Positions 1-9,441 of a DNA stretch of 64,000 nt are shown in pieces (positions within the stretch are counted from its first letter, which is position 1; each line of letters starts with the position of its first letter). This DNA is from a virus. The DNA lies in the IMG/VR virus record IMGVR_UViG_3300020474_000993. One strand, written 5' to 3'. The position numbers were made by a program, and so were the translations under genes. Under the pieces are notes generated by a model. That model saw only the letters and a program-made list of their open reading frames with translations, did no database searches and was not told where the DNA came from.

Positions 1-23
1 ATGTACCTACCGCGTACTTCGAT

Positions 24-2360
24 TTGAAGTCTAGGAAGATTGTACTTCCCAATTGGAAGGACATGCCTGATTTCTTGTATGATTTATTGATTGGTCATGA
101 AGTTGGTCACGCTCTCGTAACTCCCGCTGAAGGTTGGCACTCTGCCTCTTCTAGTAAGGGTGCAAATTTCAAATCATTCTTGAATGTCGTAGAAGATGTT
201 AGGAATGAGAGACTAGTTAAAATCAGATATCCAGGCTTGGTCAAGTCATTCTATAAGGGATATCAAATGCTTTACAAGAAAGACTTTTTCGGTCTTTCAA
301 AATTACAAAAGACTCCCCAAGAATTACCACTAATTGATAGAATCAATCTTCACGCTAAGGTTGGTGCTTTCCTTACTCTACAATTCACTGCTGAGGAACA
401 GGTCATACTTGACAAGTGTTTCGCTGCTGAGACTTGGGATGAGGTTGTCGCCATCGCTGAGGAATTATATGATTTCTCTAAGAATGAAGATGCGATGCAA
501 GATCTTTTAGAAGAACAAGGCATGGGTATGCCTCAGTTTGGTGAAGATGAAGATGACTTTGACCAAGATGAAAATGGTGAATGGTCAGAGTCACCATATG
601 GTGAAGAGGAGTCTGAAGAGGGCGACTCTGAGTCTGGTGAAGGTGAAGAGACTGAATCTGTAGAAGGTGAAGAAGGTGACGCTCAGTCTGGTGAAGGTGA
701 AGAGACTGAAGAAGAAACTGAAGAGACTACTGCTTCTACTGAAGAAGATAAAAATACTGAAGACGCTGCTGAGTCTGGTGATAGACCAGAAGATGGCGAT
801 ATCATGGAAGGTTCTGAAAATTCTGAGGGGTATAACCCCCATGATTTCGATGACGCGGAACCTAAGTCATTTACCGATGAGGCTTTTAGAGAGAATGAGG
901 GCAACCTAGTAGAATCTGGCAAGACCAATGGTGTTGTTACTGCTACCATGCCTAAGTTCAAGTCTAAGTACTTTGTTTTCCCAACTACCGATGTTTGGCC
1001 TACTAAAGATTTTGAGTATGTTTGCGGTGGAAGGTATGATAACATTGCTGCTGGTTCTGCTCAAGATGTAGAGAAAGATTTACTTGACGAATTCATGAAA
1101 AGAAACAAGGCGTCAATTAATCAACTAGTTATGCAGTTTGAGATGAAGAAAAAAGCCACCCTACTAAGGAAGGCCAAAATCAATAAAACTGGTAAGTTGA
1201 ATGAAGATAAGTTGTGGGCATACAAGTTGACTGAAGACTTGTTCCTATCAAGTACTACTGTGCCAGATGGTCAGAACCATGGCATGATGATGTTTGTAGA
1301 CTTCTCTGGTTCAATGGGTAGACACATGGCTGGTACTATTGAACAGACACTAATTCAAGTTGCCTTCTGTAAAAAAGTTGGTATCCCATTTGATGTGTAC
1401 GGTTTTTCAAACTGTGCTAACTCTCTCCAAGGTGAGAAGTTCGGAAATGCTTCTAGGGGTTCTGCTTTCCAATCTTGTGAAGAGGGTGAGTTGTTTATTG
1501 AGTCTGGTGGGTTCGCTCTGCTTCAGTTGATATCTTCTGAATTGCCTCAGAGTGAGTACAATAGATGTTTCAAAAAGTTACTTGGTTACAAAACTTCATT
1601 TGAGTGGAGAGATATGAAACCAAGAATGGAAAGATACGATGTACCTTACCATCTTTATCTTGGTTCTACTCCGCTGTCAAGTTGTATGATAGTTGGTGCT
1701 AAGATTGCTAAGAAGTTCAAGGAAAGAAATAGAATTGAGGTTATGAACACAATCGTTCTTTCCGATGGTGGAAACACTTCTGATTTAGAAGTAATCTCGG
1801 ATGGTGAGTATGAAGAGAATGGTAGGTTCAGATATTCAAATGCCATTCAAAAAGAGTTTGGTCATGGATACGGCGAAGAAAGAACTGACATTGGTAAATT
1901 CCAATTGAGAGGCAACGGTCTGTCAGTTACCACTAACATCAAAGGGATGTATGGAACAAACTACGGTAGGGTCAGTTATGAAAGTGCTACTGCTGTTACT
2001 TTTGACTACTACAAAAAGTTTGTCGGTTCCAGAATAGTTCACTTCTTCTTAGTTGATAACAACATTAGAGAAGCGAGACAGGCGTGGACTGATATGACAG
2101 GTGAGTATGCCGAGTATGATGAAAACTTTGCTAAAGAAAAGGCAACTAACTGGAAAAACAATAACTTCATGTCTTGCCAGTCTAAGTTGGGAAGTGATGC
2201 TACCTTCATTCTGAAGGGTGCTAAGTCTCTTAATGAAGAGGCAGAGTTTGAAGTCAGTTCTGATAGTAAGGCTGACATTTTGAGAGGGTTCAAGAAATTC
2301 CAGAAAGGCAAGTCCAATTCCAGACAGTTCTTGAACAGATTTATTGATGAGGTCGCGTAA
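24..2360 (+). CDS. CobT-like protein: N-terminal HExxH metallopeptidase-like domain, acidic linker, C-terminal VWA domain (probably 5'-truncated by the window edge)
   Basis: HEVGH motif; long D/E-rich linker; MIDAS-like FVDFSGSM and IVLSDG; directly upstream of a MoxR/CobS ATPase. Confidence 0.8.
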   Translation: MKSRKIVLPNWKDMPDFLYDLLIGHEVGHALVTPAEGWHSASSSKGANFKSFLNVVEDVRNERLVKIRYPGLVKSFYKGYQMLYKKDFFGLSKLQKTPQELPLIDRINLHAKVGAFLTLQFTAEEQVILDKCFAAETWDEVVAIAEELYDFSKNEDAMQDLLEEQGMGMPQFGEDEDDFDQDENGEWSESPYGEEESEEGDSESGEGEETESVEGEEGDAQSGEGEETEEETEETTASTEEDKNTEDAAESGDRPEDGDIMEGSENSEGYNPHDFDDAEPKSFTDEAFRENEGNLVESGKTNGVVTATMPKFKSKYFVFPTTDVWPTKDFEYVCGGRYDNIAAGSAQDVEKDLLDEFMKRNKASINQLVMQFEMKKKATLLRKAKINKTGKLNEDKLWAYKLTEDLFLSSTTVPDGQNHGMMMFVDFSGSMGRHMAGTIEQTLIQVAFCKKVGIPFDVYGFSNCANSLQGEKFGNASRGSAFQSCEEGELFIESGGFALLQLISSELPQSEYNRCFKKLLGYKTSFEWRDMKPRMERYDVPYHLYLGSTPLSSCMIVGAKIAKKFKERNRIEVMNTIVLSDGGNTSDLEVISDGEYEENGRFRYSNAIQKEFGHGYGEERTDIGKFQLRGNGLSVTTNIKGMYGTNYGRVSYESATAVTFDYYKKFVGSRIVHFFLVDNNIREARQAWTDMTGEYAEYDENFAKEKATNWKNNNFMSCQSKLGSDATFILKGAKSLNEEAEFEVSSDSKADILRGFKKFQKGKSNSRQFLNRFIDEVA
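615..720 (+). repeat. Imperfect 54-bp tandem repeat in the acidic linker
   Basis: AGTCTGGTGAAGGTGAAGAGACTGAA occurs twice, 54 bp apart (SGEGEETE x2). Confidence 0.75.
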
Positions 2361-2442
2361 GTGGTTGAATTTAAAGGGAAAGAAAATGAAAATAATTTCG
2401 TTTTGGCCCTTGACATTTGCTCCCAAATATGGGATCATGATC
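2358..2442 (+). promoter_or_regulatory. Early sigma70-type promoter with upstream IHF-like site and GATC in the -10 box
   Basis: TAAGTGGTTGAAT 2358-2370 (1 mismatch to reversed WATCAANNNNTTR); TTGACA 2410-2415; 17 bp; TG-n-GATCAT 2433-2438, then a second GATC. Confidence 0.8.
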
Positions 2443-2472
2443 AGGTAATTGAGAAAAAGTGAGAGGTAAATT

Positions 2473-3711
2473 ATGAGTGTAAAACAAAAAGAACAGTTCC
2501 TTCAGGCCCTTGCCGATGCGAACAATTCCGCGTCTGCCGTGTTCTCCAAAGCGGAGGCAATGCAGATTGCAAAATCAAGTGGGTTGAAAAATCCCATGTG
2601 GTTTTTTAAAGAGTGTAAAGTTGGTAGAAACCAATTTTCGCCAAACATGGCAACTCTAATGACAGTGGGTAATACTGCTCTCAAACCTGTCGCTGCTGAG
2701 GCGACTGCCCTTGAAGAGTCAGTATCTACCCTAGAACCGATTGAGACAATTCAATCGCAGCCATTAGATTCCAAGATTGTAAAACAGGCAAAACTTGCGG
2801 TGGAAATAGATAACTTAGTTCCAGATTCAGATAGTACTTATGTCCCATTTGGGTTTCATAAAGATTTGGTGAACATCATCAAGTCTGGTATGTTCTATCC
2901 TACATTTATTTGTGGTCTATCTGGTAACGGTAAGACTATGATGGTGGAACAAGTTTGTGCCAAACTCAAGAAAGAAGCTATTAGGGTTAACATCTCTATC
3001 GAAACCGATGAAGATGATTTAATCGGTGGCAATACTCTTGTCGATGGTAATGTTGTTTACAGGGAAGGCCCTGTTCTGACTGCCATGAAGAGGGGTGCGA
3101 TTCTTATCCTAGATGAGATTGATAGGGGTTCTAACAAGTTGATGTGCCTTCAGGCAATCCTTGAAGGGAAACCTTACTTCAATAAAAAGTCTGGTGAGGT
3201 CATCACGCCTGCTACTGGTTTCAATGTGATTGCTACTGCGAACACTAAGGGTCAAGGTTCCGATGACGGTAAGTTCATGGGTGCTCAAGTTCTTGATGAG
3301 GCGTTCCTAGAAAGGTTTGCTATCACGGTTGAACAAGAATATCCATCTAGTGTTCAAGAGAAAAAAATCATTATGAACAAGATGGGTGTCGCTGAGTGTG
3401 TCGATGAAGACTTCGCTGACAAGTTGGTCATGTGGGCTGACATAATCAGAAAGACTTTCTATGAAGGTGGAATCGATGAGTTGGTTTCTACCAGAAGATT
3501 GGAACACATTGTCAAGGCATATGCCATGTTCTCTGATAGACTCAAGGCAATTCAGTTGTGTGTCAATAGGTTTGATACCGACACCAAGACTGCCTTCATT
3601 GACCTTTACACTAAGGTTGATGCTGGTGCCTCTGTTGAAGAGTTGATGGACACTCCTACCGATGGTTCTACTGAAGAAACTTCTGAGGGGAATGACACTT
3701 ATGACTTCTAG
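2473..3711 (+). CDS. cobS: CobS/MoxR-like AAA+ ATPase
   Basis: Walker A GLSGNGKT, Walker B LILDEID, ATANTKG, LDEAFLERF; typical of marine T4-like phages. Confidence 0.9.
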   Translation: MSVKQKEQFLQALADANNSASAVFSKAEAMQIAKSSGLKNPMWFFKECKVGRNQFSPNMATLMTVGNTALKPVAAEATALEESVSTLEPIETIQSQPLDSKIVKQAKLAVEIDNLVPDSDSTYVPFGFHKDLVNIIKSGMFYPTFICGLSGNGKTMMVEQVCAKLKKEAIRVNISIETDEDDLIGGNTLVDGNVVYREGPVLTAMKRGAILILDEIDRGSNKLMCLQAILEGKPYFNKKSGEVITPATGFNVIATANTKGQGSDDGKFMGAQVLDEAFLERFAITVEQEYPSSVQEKKIIMNKMGVAECVDEDFADKLVMWADIIRKTFYEGGIDELVSTRRLEHIVKAYAMFSDRLKAIQLCVNRFDTDTKTAFIDLYTKVDAGASVEELMDTPTDGSTEETSEGNDTYDF

Positions 3712-3979
3712 TCCAGACTATAAGTATAATGAAGGAGCTCTTATCAAAGAGCTCCAATCTTATATTGATAACACTTATGGTGAACATTATTCACAAAACA
3801 GTTTTCAGGCAACCGAGTTTATTATTGATGGTGGCCATGGTGAAGGGTTTTGTATCGGTAATATTTTGAAGTATGCTCAGAGATATGGCAAGAAAGACGG
3901 TTATAACCGCAAAGATTTAATGAAAGTATTGCACTATGCAATCATCGCCCTCCATGTACACGATTTGGAGCACGATTAA
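3701..3979 (+). CDS. DUF3310-like conserved phage protein
   Basis: TYGEHYS...GFCIGNILKYAQRYGKK...DLMKVLHY pattern; ATG at 3701. Confidence 0.7.
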   Translation: MTSSPDYKYNEGALIKELQSYIDNTYGEHYSQNSFQATEFIIDGGHGEGFCIGNILKYAQRYGKKDGYNRKDLMKVLHYAIIALHVHDLEHD

Positions 3980-3985
3980 CCAGTT

Positions 3986-4057
3986 TGCCCCCAGCGGGCA
4001 GTCGGGGCTTGATACGCCTCTCTCTTACTCTCTCACAAGAAGTATCAAGTTCCCGAC
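3986..4057 (+). ncRNA. Intergenic double hairpin with a 26-nt CU-rich loop (candidate regulatory RNA)
   Basis: TGCCC/GGGCA hairpin; GTCGGGGCTTGATAC (4001-4015) pairs with GTATCAAGTTCCCGAC (4042-4057); loop GCCTCTCTCTTACTCTCTCACAAGAA. Confidence 0.55.
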
Positions 4058-4065
4058 AACTTTAT

Positions 4066-4073
4066 TATAAATA
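4066..4073 (+). promoter_or_regulatory. T4-type late promoter
   Basis: TATAAATA upstream of the 4106 ORF. Confidence 0.75.
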
Positions 4074-4105
4074 AGAGAGTAAGAAATAAATTAGAGGAAT
4101 GAACA

Positions 4106-4465
4106 ATGGCATATAGATTAACTTACACTAGTACTCGACCAGACACATCGGCAGATTGGTATTTCTTTTATGAAACCGCTGATGCTGGATTTGAGACTAA
4201 TGCGACACATTTTAGAAACTGGCTTGACGCGAGAAGTGATGTAACTGTTACTTTGACTGTGGCAGAAGATAATCTTTCTTTTAAATGGGAATTAGATTTT
4301 GCTGATGAAGCAGCTTACGATGCATTTGTAGTTGATAGGACTGCCCTGTTTGCAGCTGCTCCTTACAATGGCACTGCCCATTTACAGGAAACAGCTTACT
4401 TGGATTACTTATCTGCTAACAGTATGACTGGCGCTGAGACTCCAGCAGGCGGAGCAGAAGTCTAA
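4106..4465 (+). CDS. Hypothetical late protein
   Basis: 119-aa ORF with AGAGGA RBS behind a late promoter. Confidence 0.7.
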   Translation: MAYRLTYTSTRPDTSADWYFFYETADAGFETNATHFRNWLDARSDVTVTLTVAEDNLSFKWELDFADEAAYDAFVVDRTALFAAAPYNGTAHLQETAYLDYLSANSMTGAETPAGGAEV

Positions 4466-4479
4466 AGTAAAATAAGGGG

Positions 4480-4509
4480 TTGACATTTGCCCCTAACAAA
4501 TGTTATTAT
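4480..4509 (+). promoter_or_regulatory. Sigma70-type promoter for gp45
   Basis: TTGACA 4480-4485, 18 bp, TATTAT 4504-4509. Confidence 0.6.
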
Positions 4510-4537
4510 ATGATGTTTAATTTGATTGAGGTATATT

Positions 4538-5188
4538 ATGAAACTATCTAAAACAACTTTGGAGTTGTTGAAAAACTACGCCACCATTAACACAAATCTT
4601 TTGGTTAAGGAAGGTAGTAGTTTGTCAACCGTGTCCGCTTCTAAGTCAATTCTTGCAAAGGGCACAATCGAAGAGAGCTTCCCACAGGAGTTCGCAATCT
4701 ATGATTTGAATCAATTCTTATCTCTGGTCACCATGAGTGATGATACTGAGATAGAATTTTCAGATGAATATCTAACCTGTAAGTCTGGGGCTGGTAGATT
4801 TAAATTCTACTATGCAGAACCATCTATTATTGTGGCCGCACCAGACAAAGAAATTGAACTTGATAATTTCTATCAGTTCAACATCACCAAAGAACAACTC
4901 AATACTATCTATAGGGCAGCAAGTGTAATCTCTGCACCTACTCTTAGTGTTGTTTCTAATACTGGTGGTGTAACAATGAGTGTTGGTGACCCGAATACTC
5001 CTAAGAGTAATTCATTCACCACAGACATTGGTCAGGCGAATGTACAATTCGATGCTAGACTTAGTATAGAGAATCTAAAAGTAATCGCAGATGATTATGA
5101 GGTTACTGTTAGTCAGAAGAAAGCTTTTAAGTTTTCAAATTCAAAAAGAACTTACTTTTTGGCACTAGAACCGAGTTCAAATATTTAA
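4538..5188 (+). CDS. gp45: Sliding clamp (gp45)
   Basis: MKLSKTTLELLKNYATINTNL...FAIYDLNQFL...YFLALE; position in the replication module. Confidence 0.92.
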   Translation: MKLSKTTLELLKNYATINTNLLVKEGSSLSTVSASKSILAKGTIEESFPQEFAIYDLNQFLSLVTMSDDTEIEFSDEYLTCKSGAGRFKFYYAEPSIIVAAPDKEIELDNFYQFNITKEQLNTIYRAASVISAPTLSVVSNTGGVTMSVGDPNTPKSNSFTTDIGQANVQFDARLSIENLKVIADDYEVTVSQKKAFKFSNSKRTYFLALEPSSNI

Positions 5189-5358
5189 TGGCTTGGGTTG
5201 AAGGAATGATTGCCGTTTATGGAATGATATTATCTTTCATGGCGGGATGGTTAATGCCGAGAGGTAATTTTATTAGAAAATTTCAGTTGTGGTTAACCAA
5301 AAGAATATACAATTGGTTGGCTCATGAAAAAGAAAAGATTAAGGAGAAAAGTAAATGA
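5188..5358 (+). CDS. Small membrane protein (56 aa, translated by hand)
   Basis: MAWVEGMIAVYGMILSFMAGWLMP...; TAATG overlap with gp45 and ATGA overlap with the next gene. Confidence 0.6.
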   Translation: MAWVEGMIAVYGMILSFMAGWLMPRGNFIRKFQLWLTKRIYNWLAHEKEKIKEKSK

Positions 5359-5969
5359 AGATTGAAGTTGGTCAAAAGTTACCAGAAGACATCACTTTCC
5401 ACATGAGGGTAAGGGATGAAAAAATGGTAGAGGCTGGTGATGAAAATCCATATCAGTGGCAACTAGTTAACTCAAGTGACTTGTTCAAGGACAAGAGGGT
5501 TGTACTGTTTGCTTTGCCTGGCGCATTTACTCCAACATGTTCAACATATCAATTACCAGATTATGATAACAACTATGAGTTGTTCAAAAGAAATGGTATT
5601 GATGAAGTATACTGCCTGTCTGTTAATGATAGTTTTGTTATGAACAAATGGGGTGATTGGTTAGACATTGATAATGTAAAACTAATTCCAGATGGAAGTG
5701 GTTTCTTTACAGAAGCTATTGGTGCTTTGGTGAAGAAAGACAACTTAGGATTTGGGCCAAGGTCTTGGAGATATTCAGTCCTTGTCAATGATGGGGTTGT
5801 GGAAGTAGCATTTGTCGAGGAAGGATGTGAAGACGATTGTCCTGCTGACCCATATGAAGTATCTGACCCACTGACCATGATGAATTACATTCAAACTGAA
5901 AGTCCTGTAGGACAACAATATGAGTTAAATCTTCAAGATGGTGCTGGAACAGACGAAACATTTGCATAA
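5355..5969 (+). CDS. Peroxiredoxin (Prx5/AhpC-TSA family)
   Basis: LPGAFTPTCS peroxidatic motif, SVNDSFVM, RSWRYS. Confidence 0.92.
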   Translation: MKIEVGQKLPEDITFHMRVRDEKMVEAGDENPYQWQLVNSSDLFKDKRVVLFALPGAFTPTCSTYQLPDYDNNYELFKRNGIDEVYCLSVNDSFVMNKWGDWLDIDNVKLIPDGSGFFTEAIGALVKKDNLGFGPRSWRYSVLVNDGVVEVAFVEEGCEDDCPADPYEVSDPLTMMNYIQTESPVGQQYELNLQDGAGTDETFA

Positions 5970-6753
5970 AGTTGATTATGATTTAAAACCTTTATCGAAG
6001 GAACTCGCAATCGATTTTATACAGACGCATCATTATTCACCGATGATGCCTAAACTAACAAAGCATTATCTAGGATGTTTTCTCAATGGTGAATTAGTAG
6101 GTGTATTGACTCTAGGCTGGGGAACTCAACCTAGACAGACAATCAATAAAATGTTTACTGGTCTGGAGTCAAAAGATTATTGGGAGATTGGTAAGATGTG
6201 CATGACAGATGAAATGCCAACCAACTCCGAATCACAAATGATATCTCAATCAATAAAATGGATAAAGGAAAATACACCAGAGGTATCGTTCCTTTATACA
6301 ATGGCAGATGGTATCATGGGTAAATGTGGATATGTATATCAGGCAAGTAATTTTCTTTATGGTGGACAATACTTCACTCAAGTATATGAGATAAATGGAG
6401 AGAAGGTTCATCCGAGAGCTACAAGAAAATTATGCGAAGAGAACGCAAGGTTCTCTGGCAAAGACAGGATTTTTTGGTTGACTTCAGACTTTATGAAAGA
6501 GAAGGGAATCAAAAAAATAGAGGGATATATGTTTAGATATATCTTTCCGCTGAATAAGAAGGCAAAAAAATTATTAAAAAAATCAAATATGGAATGGACT
6601 AGGGTATACCCCAAAGACCACAATCTAAAATGGTTTGACAAAACATCCAATCCGAAGTTTGAAATTGAACAACCCCACTTCACATATGAAGAAGTTCTAC
6701 ACAACGCGAGAAACATATCTGGTGGTGGGGCATCTTTAAGAGGTATATTATGA
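5938..6753 (+). CDS. Mom-like GNAT-fold DNA adenine modification enzyme
   Basis: FIQTHHYS, GELVGVLTLG, WEIGKMCM..NSESQMIS, YTMAD...GYVYQASNFLYGG resemble phage Mu Mom-family motifs. Confidence 0.7.
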   Translation: MVLEQTKHLHKVDYDLKPLSKELAIDFIQTHHYSPMMPKLTKHYLGCFLNGELVGVLTLGWGTQPRQTINKMFTGLESKDYWEIGKMCMTDEMPTNSESQMISQSIKWIKENTPEVSFLYTMADGIMGKCGYVYQASNFLYGGQYFTQVYEINGEKVHPRATRKLCEENARFSGKDRIFWLTSDFMKEKGIKKIEGYMFRYIFPLNKKAKKLLKKSNMEWTRVYPKDHNLKWFDKTSNPKFEIEQPHFTYEEVLHNARNISGGGASLRGIL

Positions 6754-7517
6754 GCAAAATTGTTTTAGTATCTGGTGGATTTGACCCACTACATAAGGGA
6801 CACCTTGACCTATTGAAAGAAGCTAAGAAGATGGGTGACCATCTATCGGTAGGTCTCAATAGCGATGCGTGGTTAACTAGAAAGAAGGGGTCACCGTTCA
6901 TGTCACAATGGGACAGAATGGATATGTTGATGGAATTAGAATGTGTTGACCATGTAGTTCCTTTCAATGATGATGACGATACTGCCAAAGACTTTATAGA
7001 AAAAGCATTAGGCACATGGGGAATAGACCACAAGTTTTTATTTGTGAATGGTGGTGACAGGACAGAAGATAATATTCCAGAGATGGAACTGCGAGAAAAG
7101 TTTTCTCATGCTCATTTAGAATTTGTTTTTGGTGTTGGTGGAGATAAAACTTATTCTAGTAGTTTGGTAAACAATGTAGAAAGAGCTTGGGGTGACTATA
7201 AAGTTATTCACGAGGAACAAACTGCTAAGGTAAAAATATTGAATATTGATATTGGTAAAAGTATTAGTTACCAAAGACATTTTTATCGTGGAGAAATCTG
7301 GCATATCGTAAATGGTATGGCAATGATTAAAACCAGCAAAGGTAGGTTAGAGAATTATACATACGACTACTTGACTTCTGGTCAACACTTTAGTATAATA
7401 CCCTACGAATGGCATCAAGTGACAAATGTGGGTAATGAACCCCTAAAGATAATTGAAATTCAACATGGTTCTTATGTCGAAGAAGATGATATTGAACGCG
7501 AGGAGATAGTTCATTGA
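6750..7517 (+). CDS. Cytidylyltransferase (HxGH) fused to a mannose-6-phosphate-isomerase-type cupin
   Basis: SGGFDPLHKGH, NGGDR, KTYSSS; C-terminal RAWGDY...SYQRH..R.E.W...WHQ...IEIQHG..VEEDDIER. Confidence 0.85.
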   Translation: MSKIVLVSGGFDPLHKGHLDLLKEAKKMGDHLSVGLNSDAWLTRKKGSPFMSQWDRMDMLMELECVDHVVPFNDDDDTAKDFIEKALGTWGIDHKFLFVNGGDRTEDNIPEMELREKFSHAHLEFVFGVGGDKTYSSSLVNNVERAWGDYKVIHEEQTAKVKILNIDIGKSISYQRHFYRGEIWHIVNGMAMIKTSKGRLENYTYDYLTSGQHFSIIPYEWHQVTNVGNEPLKIIEIQHGSYVEEDDIEREEIVH

Positions 7518-7705
7518 AGAAGAAAGGTATTAAGGAAAGACGAATAGTCGCCTTAAAAAATTTGGAGAAGTCAAAGTTTACCCCAAAACAGGTAAAGTCT
7601 GGCAAGTTTGTAAAAGGTAAGCCTGAGATGGTAGACCGTTCTGAAGACAACTGGAACATCAAAAAAGATTACCAGATTGAGGTGCTTAAGAAAAGAGTAC
7701 AGTAA
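7514..7705 (+). CDS. Small basic hypothetical protein
   Basis: 63-aa K/R-rich ORF filling the gap between flanking genes. Confidence 0.55.
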   Translation: MKKKGIKERRIVALKNLEKSKFTPKQVKSGKFVKGKPEMVDRSEDNWNIKKDYQIEVLKKRVQ

Positions 7706-7707
7706 TC

Positions 7708-9441
7708 ATGTTTGATTACAATCTAATAGATGAATATCAGATTGAGGTTACTACTTACTGTAACGCCGCTTGTCCTCAATGTCCGAGGAATGTAAACGGT
7801 GGTAAGACTAATCCCTATCTACCAGTTTGTCATTTAGATAGAGATGTAATAGATGTTGCATTTCCTAAGTCCCTAGTAAAGAGACTGAGACAGGTTTTCT
7901 TTTGTGGCAGTTATGGTGACCCTATTATGCATCCAGAGTTCTTGGATATACTCAAGGATTTTAGGAGTAAAAACCCAACTCTGCATCTCTACCTTCACAC
8001 TAACGGAGGAGTCCGTGATATTAAATGGTGGGAAGAGATTGCTGAAGTGCTGGGTGACCATGGCAAAATTGATTTTGGTATTGATGGAATATGGGATACC
8101 AATCATCTTTACCGAAGAAATGTAGATTTTTCTCGCGTGATTGAAAACGCGAAAGCATTTATAAATGCTGGTGGAAAAGCACAATGGAACTATCTGGTAT
8201 ACAAACACAATGAACACCAGATATCAGAAGCAAAAAAGATGTCTGAAGAACTGGGGTTTGATGATATACTGTTTAGGTCAACTGGTAGGTTTATGAACCA
8301 CAAAACTCTTACTGAGTTAGAAAAGTGGCCAGTGCAAAACAGAGATGGTGAAATAGAATATTATTTAGAACCACCCACAGACAAACAGTACCACAATAGT
8401 AGTGTTGAGAATCTACCCAGACTACATGAAGAGTATCCAGATATAAAGGATTACTTCAACGAGACCAAAATAAAATGTGACGCTCTCACTGGAAAGAAAG
8501 TGGCAATTACTGCCGAAGGTTTAGTCTTACCATGTAATTTCTTTGAACACAATCTTTACGACATGAGATTTCATAAAAGAGATTCATTTCCTAGTAGTAA
8601 TGATTATCACTTTGATGAAGATGGCAATAACCAAGTTATGTCTCTTATCAATAGACATAATGGTGATGACCAGAATTTAAACATTCACAGTCAACCATTA
8701 GATAAAATTTTTAAAAGTGAGTTTTGGAAAGAGATTGTATGGTCATGGGAACAAGATATAGGGTGTGGCAAAATATTTGAGTGCGCTATGACTTGTGGAC
8801 AGAAGTTAACTAAAGTATGGGATCAAAATAAAAAGATGAAAGAAACTTATCGATATTATATCACAGGTAACAATCGCGGATTGGGACTAGACTTAGCAAA
8901 ACATTTTAATGGTGATGGATGTTCCAGAAGTACTGGCCAGATGCTTACTGATATTACAACTAAGGTTGGTATTCAAAGAATAGTAGAACAAAGTTTACAC
9001 TATGATGTGTTTATCAATAATGCATTTGATGGCCCGCCAGATGAACCTTGGGGTAATTTCGCTCAAGTAAATTTATTGTTAGCGGTATTTAAGGCATGGA
9101 AAGAAGAAAACAAGTCTGGATATATTTTTAATATCGGAAGTACTGGGGCATTAAGTGCCAGAGTTAGTCATGACAGATATGCAATTGCTAAGGACGCCCT
9201 TGCTACCGCGAGTAGACAATGTTCCAAGGCATTTAAAGATGACCTAGTTAAATTTAAAACTACCTTGATTACGCCAGGCAGATTGGACACACCATTGAGT
9301 AGAGGTAGAGAAACATGGACAGGCAACGGTGTGAAAACGCTTGACATTTGCAAGTTTATAGAGTATACTATGGGCATAGAAAATAATAGTATAATTGAAG
9401 ACATCATTATTGATGTTAATTTGGAGTATGGTAATGAGTGA
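7708..9441 (+). CDS. Radical SAM protein with SPASM/twitch-like Cys, fused to a C-terminal short-chain dehydrogenase (SDR)
   Basis: CNAACPQC; GSYGDP; LPC...CAMTCG; then ITGNNRGLG, FINNA, NIGS, YAIAK. Confidence 0.8.
   Translation: MFDYNLIDEYQIEVTTYCNAACPQCPRNVNGGKTNPYLPVCHLDRDVIDVAFPKSLVKRLRQVFFCGSYGDPIMHPEFLDILKDFRSKNPTLHLYLHTNGGVRDIKWWEEIAEVLGDHGKIDFGIDGIWDTNHLYRRNVDFSRVIENAKAFINAGGKAQWNYLVYKHNEHQISEAKKMSEELGFDDILFRSTGRFMNHKTLTELEKWPVQNRDGEIEYYLEPPTDKQYHNSSVENLPRLHEEYPDIKDYFNETKIKCDALTGKKVAITAEGLVLPCNFFEHNLYDMRFHKRDSFPSSNDYHFDEDGNNQVMSLINRHNGDDQNLNIHSQPLDKIFKSEFWKEIVWSWEQDIGCGKIFECAMTCGQKLTKVWDQNKKMKETYRYYITGNNRGLGLDLAKHFNGDGCSRSTGQMLTDITTKVGIQRIVEQSLHYDVFINNAFDGPPDEPWGNFAQVNLLLAVFKAWKEENKSGYIFNIGSTGALSARVSHDRYAIAKDALATASRQCSKAFKDDLVKFKTTLITPGRLDTPLSRGRETWTGNGVKTLDICKFIEYTMGIENNSIIEDIIIDVNLEYGNE
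9341..9369 (+). promoter_or_regulatory. Sigma70-type promoter for gp44, internal to the upstream gene
   Basis: TTGACA, 17 bp, TATACT. Confidence 0.65.

Noticed and set aside
2358-2370. TAAGTnnTTGAT motifs as integrase att-site remnants
   Set aside because: They recur only at phased distances upstream of -35 boxes with no integrase nearby, which fits promoter IHF sites better.
24-3711. cobS/cobT as cobalamin-biosynthesis genes
   Set aside because: No cobN or other cob genes in the window. MoxR ATPase-VWA pairs in T4-like phages are better read as chaperone modules.
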